Assembly (NCBI GenBank): GCA_964450605.1
Contig: CAYVEK010000001.1
Span: 72,430-136,429 of the forward strand
Direction of reading: 5' to 3'
Source of the DNA: an uncultured Candidatus Saccharibacteria bacterium
GTDB taxonomy: Bacteria; Patescibacteriota; Minisyncoccia; Phycocordibacterales; CAIZLB01
Length of the DNA: 64,000 nucleotides
Shown here: positions 58,597-64,000 of the stretch, in pieces
How positions within the stretch are numbered: position 1 is the stretch's first letter
Layout: each line of letters starts with the position of its first letter
Made by a program: the position numbers and the translations under genes
Notes under the pieces: model-generated
The model's input: the letters and a program-made list of their open reading frames with translations, nothing else
Database searches by the model: none
What the model was told of the DNA's origin: nothing

Positions 58597-58607
58597 TATA
58601 ATTATAT

Positions 58608-58808
58608 ATGAAATACATAGAAATATTTGATTTTTTAAGACATGTTCTGGAGTTTTTCTTTTTTATGGTCACCGGGCCCTTGGTAACAGCTGTCGCTGTT
58701 AAAAAAATAAGACAAAGAAAAGATCTAAAGCAACAGGTTTTAGAGTTGCAGGAGAGGGTTGTTCAACTTGAAGAAGAAAAAAAGCGGTTAGGAGGAAAGG
58801 TTGAATAG
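58608..58808 (+). CDS. Small TM plus coiled-coil protein
   Basis: 66 aa, hydrophobic segment followed by heptad-like tail. Confidence 0.5.
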   Translation: MKYIEIFDFLRHVLEFFFFMVTGPLVTAVAVKKIRQRKDLKQQVLELQERVVQLEEEKKRLGGKVE

Positions 58809-60092
58809 TTAAACTATTATTTTCATTTGAGTACCTTCGCCTAGTTTACTTTTACATGTGAGAGTTCCAAGAAGATATTTTTCAGTGCAAAATTTTGCAG
58901 AAGATAACCCGATGCCACAATTTGAAGATGTTATATTTTTTGTTGAATAAAATGGATCAAATATTTTTTCCATATCTTCAGGTTTTATGCCAACTCCACT
59001 ATCTCTAACTTCCACTGAAAAAGAATTTACATTTTTAATGTTAACTGTGATATCAATATTTTTTATATTTGTTTCGTACACAGCTTCACAGGCGTTGGTT
59101 ATAAGATTATACAAGATATGATTAAGGATGGTTCTATTTGTGTGAATAGTAGCAGGTGTTGGTGTATGTATTTGTATCGAGATAGCATGTGCTACTGTTA
59201 TGTGACGTATCATATCGCAGATTGTTCGGATATCTTCCACTATTGAAAACGTCTCTTTGGTATCCGTTAAACGTATCTGCTGCCTTGCACCAAGCATGAG
59301 TTGTTCAAGACGATTGTAACTTTGTTTAACAGTGTCTATTCCGGGCACTTGCTCAAGTTTTAGTTTGAGGGACTGTAAGGGAGACATTAAGTCGTGAAAA
59401 AGACCGGCAGATATTTTTCCAAATTCAACAAATCGGTACATATTAGTTATATGTTCCATTTGCATTTGTTTTATTTCTCGAGTTCTTGCTTCCACTGTGT
59501 CGGAAAGAGTATCTCGTTCTAGTTTTAAAGCATGCTCACTACGCAAACTTCTGTTTAGAAGTTTTTGTTGTTCTCTATTTGAAAAGATAATCAAAGTTCC
59601 TGCGTATACAAAGAGTATTGCATACTCGATCATATCATCTATGCGAAAAGGTGTTTGTTTCCAGGTATTTTGAATGTGTAGATATTCTCGTACATAACCT
59701 CCGATCAACATAAAAGCCAAGATTAATCCCAAAAATATATATGTATGTTTTGTGTCAGAAACTAAACTTACAAATATAAGCATTATTATATTTGTCAGAA
59801 GAACTGAAGGCATATCAAAGCCCCAAGATATTCCAGCATAAAAAGACAAAGAAATAGTTGTTATGGGTATATATAAAAAGGCAAGTAGGTTGTGTTTAGT
59901 CTTGCTTAGTACAACAGATGCGAGCGCTCCTATGGTAAATAGACCCATAATAGCTATAGGGGTTCCGGTATAGATTTCTCTTGTTAAGTAACCGTATATA
60001 GCTAAGCACAGGTATATGCACGCCAAAACAGAAAAATATATATTCGTAAAACTGATTAGAAACTGTGTGCGAGGGTTTTTATTTAGTGCCAT
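58809..60092 (-). CDS. Multi-TM sensor histidine kinase
   Basis: About 6 TM, GLFHDLMSPL, NLITNA, DSGVGI, FDPFYSTK, GIGL. Confidence 0.9.
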   Translation of the reverse strand: MALNKNPRTQFLISFTNIYFSVLACIYLCLAIYGYLTREIYTGTPIAIMGLFTIGALASVVLSKTKHNLLAFLYIPITTISLSFYAGISWGFDMPSVLLTNIIMLIFVSLVSDTKHTYIFLGLILAFMLIGGYVREYLHIQNTWKQTPFRIDDMIEYAILFVYAGTLIIFSNREQQKLLNRSLRSEHALKLERDTLSDTVEARTREIKQMQMEHITNMYRFVEFGKISAGLFHDLMSPLQSLKLKLEQVPGIDTVKQSYNRLEQLMLGARQQIRLTDTKETFSIVEDIRTICDMIRHITVAHAISIQIHTPTPATIHTNRTILNHILYNLITNACEAVYETNIKNIDITVNIKNVNSFSVEVRDSGVGIKPEDMEKIFDPFYSTKNITSSNCGIGLSSAKFCTEKYLLGTLTCKSKLGEGTQMKIIV

Positions 60093-60495
60093 TTAAAACT
60101 TCCCGTCGAGCACGCGCTGCCTGAACTATAGACATGAACGCGCCAAGTGTACCTGCTTTTATTTCTAAACAACGGCCTAGTTTATCATCAAAATTTCCTT
60201 GCTGTATTAAGGTCGCTACTCGATTTATTAAAGCTGTCTGAACGTGTATATTTCGACTACCTGTAATTCTTGTTCCTGGCAAAGGTCTTGTTAAAAGCTC
60301 TTCTATTTGATCATCGGCAGATCCTGCTTCTATAGCTCTCACAGTTTTTTCGTTATTTTCTTGTAAACGCGCAGCCCCTCCAGTGGTAGGTCGTTCTGTT
60401 ACGGCTAGTAGTTGATTAAATGCATCATGGTCTAAAAAGCCAGATGTTTCCTGTACAGGCTCAGTGGGTGGGTTTGAAAAAGATTCGAATGACAT
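60079..60495 (-). CDS. Hypothetical protein
   Basis: 138-aa ORF overlapping the start of the kinase gene. Confidence 0.55.
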   Translation of the reverse strand: MSFESFSNPPTEPVQETSGFLDHDAFNQLLAVTERPTTGGAARLQENNEKTVRAIEAGSADDQIEELLTRPLPGTRITGSRNIHVQTALINRVATLIQQGNFDDKLGRCLEIKAGTLGAFMSIVQAARARREVLNGTK

Positions 60496-60502
60496 AATAT
60501 CT

Positions 60503-60892
60503 CTATTTTACTAGGTTCATATATATTTGTCTATTGATCCATAAATAGTACACGTTTATCAAAAACAACACATTTGCCATAACCGCTCCACCTGTCAAAA
60601 GTCCTCCGTCTAGAAATGCATGAAAGCCAATTATGTTAAGTGTTATAGGCAAGAGAAGAAGTGCTACTACTGCAGTTTTGTTTTTCCATAGAAGTATAAG
60701 AGCGAGTACAAATACCACAGTCATCATCCACATCACATATCCGCTATGCATAAGTATCATGATAAAGTTATACGCCTCGTCTGTTTGATACATGTCTCGA
60801 GTAGGTTCAGGGAAGATGCCAAGTGTTCCGAGTATAGGTGTTGCAAGAAGAAGGGTGAGTAGTATTTTACAAATGATGTTGAAGATTTTCAT
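60503..60892 (-). CDS. DoxX-like four-TM membrane protein
   Basis: Four hydrophobic segments, SGY, LLLPITLNIIGFH. Confidence 0.65.
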   Translation of the reverse strand: MKIFNIICKILLTLLLATPILGTLGIFPEPTRDMYQTDEAYNFIMILMHSGYVMWMMTVVFVLALILLWKNKTAVVALLLLPITLNIIGFHAFLDGGLLTGGAVMANVLFLINVYYLWINRQIYMNLVK

Positions 60893-60915
60893 ATGGGGTT
60901 AGTATAGCATAAAAC

Positions 60916-60946
60916 AAAAACCCACCACCTCGCGATGGTTGGGTTT
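60916..60946 (-). terminator. Terminator hairpin (cassette I)
   Basis: AAACCCA-CCA-cctcgcga-TGG-t-TGGGTTT with A tract on + strand. Confidence 0.7.
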
Positions 60947-60967
60947 CGCGTGGGAGTGGGGTGGGGA

Positions 60968-61198
60968 TTATTCTCTGGAGGCTCGTTCACACGAGGTTGA
61001 ACAATATCCGAAGCCTTGATGCGGTGGTACAACACGGTTGCACCCTTGGAGCGCACACATTCTGATGTGTTCATGACCAGAGGATAGCCACCCTCTATTG
61101 TTACAGGTATGACAACCTTGTCCGTTGCAGTGACTACATTGTCCTGCATCATCGGGGTAGTTCCGATCCTTTGGAATTTGAGTATGTTGAGGGTTCAT
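60968..61198 (-). CDS. Small Cys-rich double zinc-finger protein (cassette I)
   Basis: CSHCNGQG-CHTCNNRG and C-x4-C...YCSTSC; promoter TTGACA(61235)-17bp-TAAAGT(61212). Confidence 0.65.
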   Translation of the reverse strand: MNPQHTQIPKDRNYPDDAGQCSHCNGQGCHTCNNRGWLSSGHEHIRMCALQGCNRVVPPHQGFGYCSTSCERASRE

Positions 61199-61257
61199 GC
61201 ACTACTACTTTATATACCCACAGTGTATTTGTCAATTTATAGATATATACTATGGGT

Positions 61258-61830
61258 ATGAAAGAAACTCTCGCCATCATTGCTACTGTACTTGCCATCA
61301 TTGGAAATGTCTCATATCTGAAAAATGTTATTAAAGGCAAAATAATCGCTCATCCATATACATGGTTTGTCTGGTCTATTGTCTCAGCGGTTACTTTTTT
61401 CGGAGGATTGCAAAAGGGTGCGGGCATAGGAGCGTTGCCTACAGGTGTTGCTGAAGGTTTTACAATTTTGATTTTTATTTTTTCTTTAAAATATGTATTT
61501 GGTAAACATAAAACAGAGCACATAAAAAGAGTAGATACATATTTTTTAATAACGGCATTGCTTGGAATTATTCCTTGGATCATTACTCGCGATCCGACTG
61601 TATCTATTATTGTGGTCGTATGTATTGATCTAGTAGCTTTTGTACCAACACTGCGTAAAACATGGTTTAACCCAGAAACAGAGAAACCAACTCTGTATGA
61701 AATGAATATTGCCCGTCATACACTTACGCTTTTAGCACTTCAGACATATAACATTGCAACCACATTACACTCTGTTGTCATGATTTGTATAAATGCAGTT
61801 ATGGTTGGTTTTGTGAGGAGGGGGAAGTGA
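61258..61830 (+). CDS. Multi-TM membrane protein
   Basis: About 6-7 TM, HPYTWFVWS, PTLRKTW..PETE; start 61258, 6 nt after TATACT. Confidence 0.75.
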   Translation: MKETLAIIATVLAIIGNVSYLKNVIKGKIIAHPYTWFVWSIVSAVTFFGGLQKGAGIGALPTGVAEGFTILIFIFSLKYVFGKHKTEHIKRVDTYFLITALLGIIPWIITRDPTVSIIVVVCIDLVAFVPTLRKTWFNPETEKPTLYEMNIARHTLTLLALQTYNIATTLHSVVMICINAVMVGFVRRGK

Positions 61831-61917
61831 GTTGTTTGACATATCTACTATTTTATGATATAAACACTATGCCGCTGTTTTTAACAACAACCAAATACAC
61901 TATGGCGGCACCTTGAT

Positions 61918-62244
61918 ATGAAAACTACGCTCCTTCTCCTGGCTGCAACGTGCAGCATCCTCTCTTCCTGCTCTCACCTCAGTGACCGGGGGAAACCCCT
62001 CACCCAGGTCGAAAGCTCCCGGCTTTTCGCCGGAGACCTCAGCCCGGCTGAGCGGCGTATCTTCTTCTGTGAGCGTGAGCTCACGGGGGCCGAGCGTGAA
62101 AAGCTCAATCAAGGTCCGCCCATCTACCAGCATACCGACCACGGGTCTATCATGGTCGGGGGGAGTCGGATCAACCTCCACAGCATGGAAGAGGTCAAGG
62201 CCGGCTGGGCCCGCGCCACGGCACCCAGCGAGCTCCGACCTTAG
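61918..62244 (+). CDS. GC-rich orphan putative lipoprotein (cassette J)
   Basis: MKTTLLLLAATCSILSSC lipobox-like signal; 39/60 G+C in 62041-62100; promoter TTGACA(61836)-17bp-TATAAA(61859). Confidence 0.65.
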   Translation: MKTTLLLLAATCSILSSCSHLSDRGKPLTQVESSRLFAGDLSPAERRIFFCERELTGAEREKLNQGPPIYQHTDHGSIMVGGSRINLHSMEEVKAGWARATAPSELRP

Positions 62245-62266
62245 GGTCCAGAGCCTTCCAAAACTC

Positions 62267-62302
62267 ATCGCCACATTTCCTTCGGGAGATGTGGCGGTTT
62301 TT
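62267..62302 (+). terminator. Intrinsic terminator with cUUCGg tetraloop (cassette J)
   Basis: ATCGCCACATTTCC-ttcg-GGAGATGTGGCGGT then T tract. Confidence 0.88.
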
Positions 62303-62334
62303 CTTTTTCATTTTTAAACGTACAATATATACAT

Positions 62335-62571
62335 ATGAAAAATGGCACGGTTCATAAAATCCCAAAAGACATGCGAGATGTACTTTCATCAAAACAAAAG
62401 ATGCTAGATATGTGGGAAGACATAACTCCACTTGCTCGCAATGAGTGGATTTGTTGGATAGAGGATGCTAAGAAAAAAGAGACAAGGAAAAAGAGAATAG
62501 AAGTTATGTTGGATAAATTTTTACAAGGTAAAAGGAGACCTTGCTGTTGGGCAGGGTGTCCGCATAGATAA
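62335..62571 (+). CDS. YdeI/OmdA C-terminal-like small protein
   Basis: IPKD, TPLARNEWICWIEDAKKKETRKKRI, RRPCCWAGC. Confidence 0.8.
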   Translation: MKNGTVHKIPKDMRDVLSSKQKMLDMWEDITPLARNEWICWIEDAKKKETRKKRIEVMLDKFLQGKRRPCCWAGCPHR

Positions 62572-62583
62572 TGAATAAAATAT

Positions 62584-62952
62584 ATGACTAACACTGAGGA
62601 TGATTTTAAAAATAAATTAACACCAGAACAGTATAAAGTACTACGTGAAAAGGGAACGGAAGCGCCTTTTTCTGGAAAACTTATACATCCAGATAAAGAT
62701 GGTTTATATCGGTGTGCTGCATGTGGTAATGCTTTGTTTAAAGCTGATGCAAAATTTGAATCAGGTACAGGCTGGCCTAGTTTTGATGAAGCTTTGCCAG
62801 GTGCTGTAAAATACGTAGATGACGTTTCTCATGGAATGAAAAGAACAGAGGTGGTATGTTCTTCGTGCGGATCTCATCTCGGTCATGTATTTGATGATGG
62901 TCCAACAAAAACTGGTAAAAGATATTGCATGAATTCAGTTTGTTTTGAATAA
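62584..62952 (+). CDS. msrB: Methionine-R-sulfoxide reductase
   Basis: [33 protein letters not shown]. Confidence 0.96.
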   Translation: MTNTEDDFKNKLTPEQYKVLREKGTEAPFSGKLIHPDKDGLYRCAACGNALFKADAKFESGTGWPSFDEALPGAVKYVDDVSHGMKRTEVVCSSCGSHLGHVFDDGPTKTGKRYCMNSVCFE

Positions 62953-62956
62953 CACC

Positions 62957-63457
62957 ATGTCACAAACACCATACAAAAAAATAATACTCGCCGGCGGATG
63001 TTTTTGGGGTCTCGAAGACTTAATCAGAAAACAACTTGGGGTAGTAAACACGGAAGTTGGATACACTGGTGGAGAAAATGAAAATCCTACGTATGAATAT
63101 CATCCAGGTCACGCCGAGGCTGTAGAGATAGAATATGATCCTGAAAAAACATCATACAAAAAGCTTCTTGATTTTTTCTTTCAAATTCACAATCCAACAA
63201 CATTGAATCAACAAGGTAACGACAAAGGTACGTCGTATCGTTCAGCTATTTTCTATGGAGATGAAGAGGAGAAAAAGCAAGCTGAAGATTTTATAAAAAT
63301 AGTAAATGACTCTGGTCGTTGGGGAAAACCAGTTGTCACAACGCTTGAACCATGTAAAGCTTTCTACAAAGCGGAAGAATATCATCAAGATTATTTACAA
63401 AAAAATCCTGGGGGGTATACCTGCCACGCGATTTGGTTTGATAGTTACCTAAAGTAA
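62957..63457 (+). CDS. msrA: Methionine-S-sulfoxide reductase
   Basis: [21 protein letters not shown]; ATG at 62957. Confidence 0.96.
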   Translation: MSQTPYKKIILAGGCFWGLEDLIRKQLGVVNTEVGYTGGENENPTYEYHPGHAEAVEIEYDPEKTSYKKLLDFFFQIHNPTTLNQQGNDKGTSYRSAIFYGDEEEKKQAEDFIKIVNDSGRWGKPVVTTLEPCKAFYKAEEYHQDYLQKNPGGYTCHAIWFDSYLK

Positions 63458-63500
63458 GAAAGGGATGTCTTTTTAAGATACTGCTGTTATAATAGTAAGT

Positions 63501-64000
63501 ATGAAAAAATTTATTTTTATATTAACACTATGTGTTTTTTGTAATACAGCTATAGCATCTACTGAAAGTGATACCGCTGAGATAAAGAACTCTATAGAAC
63601 AGATTAATACTGCATTTAAGAATAAAGATGTTGCTTTACTAAAACAGTATTCATCTAAGGCAACAAATGAAGTCCTGCTTTTTGATGCTAATAAAGAAAA
63701 AATTAATTGGAATCATTCGTATACATTTGTATCGGCTACACCAAAAGAAACATACTACGAAGTGGCTTTAGTTGAGATAGATACTTTAAAAAATAGCCAA
63801 GATCCTCAGGTGCTTTTATTTGTTAAAGAAGATGGTATTTGGAAAATTGGAATAATTGATACAATACAATATTATTCTGATCAAATGGATCAGGCTAACA
63901 AGAGACCAAATCCTCAAAATTTAAAATCTGATCTAATAGTTAACTCATTTAAAACATCTAGTTCTCCAAACATACTAGATCCTGAAACAAAATTTTATAT
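63501..64000 (+). CDS. Secreted protein, NTF2-like end motif (partial, runs off window)
   Basis: TATAAT 7 nt before ATG 63501; MKKFIFILTLCVFCNTAIA signal; FVKEDGIWKI. Confidence 0.65.
   Translation, partial: MKKFIFILTLCVFCNTAIASTESDTAEIKNSIEQINTAFKNKDVALLKQYSSKATNEVLLFDANKEKINWNHSYTFVSATPKETYYEVALVEIDTLKNSQDPQVLLFVKEDGIWKIGIIDTIQYYSDQMDQANKRPNPQNLKSDLIVNSFKTSSSPNILDPETKFY

Noticed and set aside
62584-63457. Frameshifted msrB-msrA fusion
   Set aside because: MsrB is complete with its own stop and msrA has an ATG 4 nt later; two separate genes are the simpler reading.
1-64000. Alternative genetic code (UGA=Gly, as in Gracilibacteria/Absconditabacteria)
   Set aside because: Conserved genes are full length under code 11, and gatB and scpA end at TGA at the expected positions.

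Overview
AT-rich bacterial chromosome segment, most consistent with a Patescibacteria/CPR (Parcubacteria-like) genome using the standard code (TGA terminates gatB and scpA). The backbone is housekeeping: PBP2, uvrC, S41 protease, rplI, frr, rseP, proS, obg, gatB, gap, rmuC, rpmF, nusB-Nudix, rnc, DEAD-box helicase, scpAB, mraY-ftsW-murG, raiA, pepF, ECF sigma/anti-sigma, tlyA, a TrmA/RlmD-type methyltransferase and msrB/msrA. It also carries several large surface proteins (Cys-rich, S74-chaperone fibre, DUF285). Most genes have a -10 hexamer only 4-10 nt before the ATG, implying leaderless mRNAs. Two unusual things stand out. (1) A compact module after gatB in which a near-consensus promoter drives a ~60-nt three-way-junction RNA that converges, through a shared bidirectional terminator, on a small RelE/colicin-fold-like nuclease gene; this is a candidate RNA-antitoxin system. 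(2) Ten dispersed, GC-richer, single-gene orphan cassettes, each with its own promoter, a shared 5' RMACYYT (boxA-like) motif and a GC-rich terminator hairpin; two adjacent cassettes share a 40-bp 3' repeat and one has a ~90-nt multi-stem leader. No rRNA, tRNA, CRISPR array, transposase or integrase was recognised. All family calls are from motif recognition by eye, not database searches.
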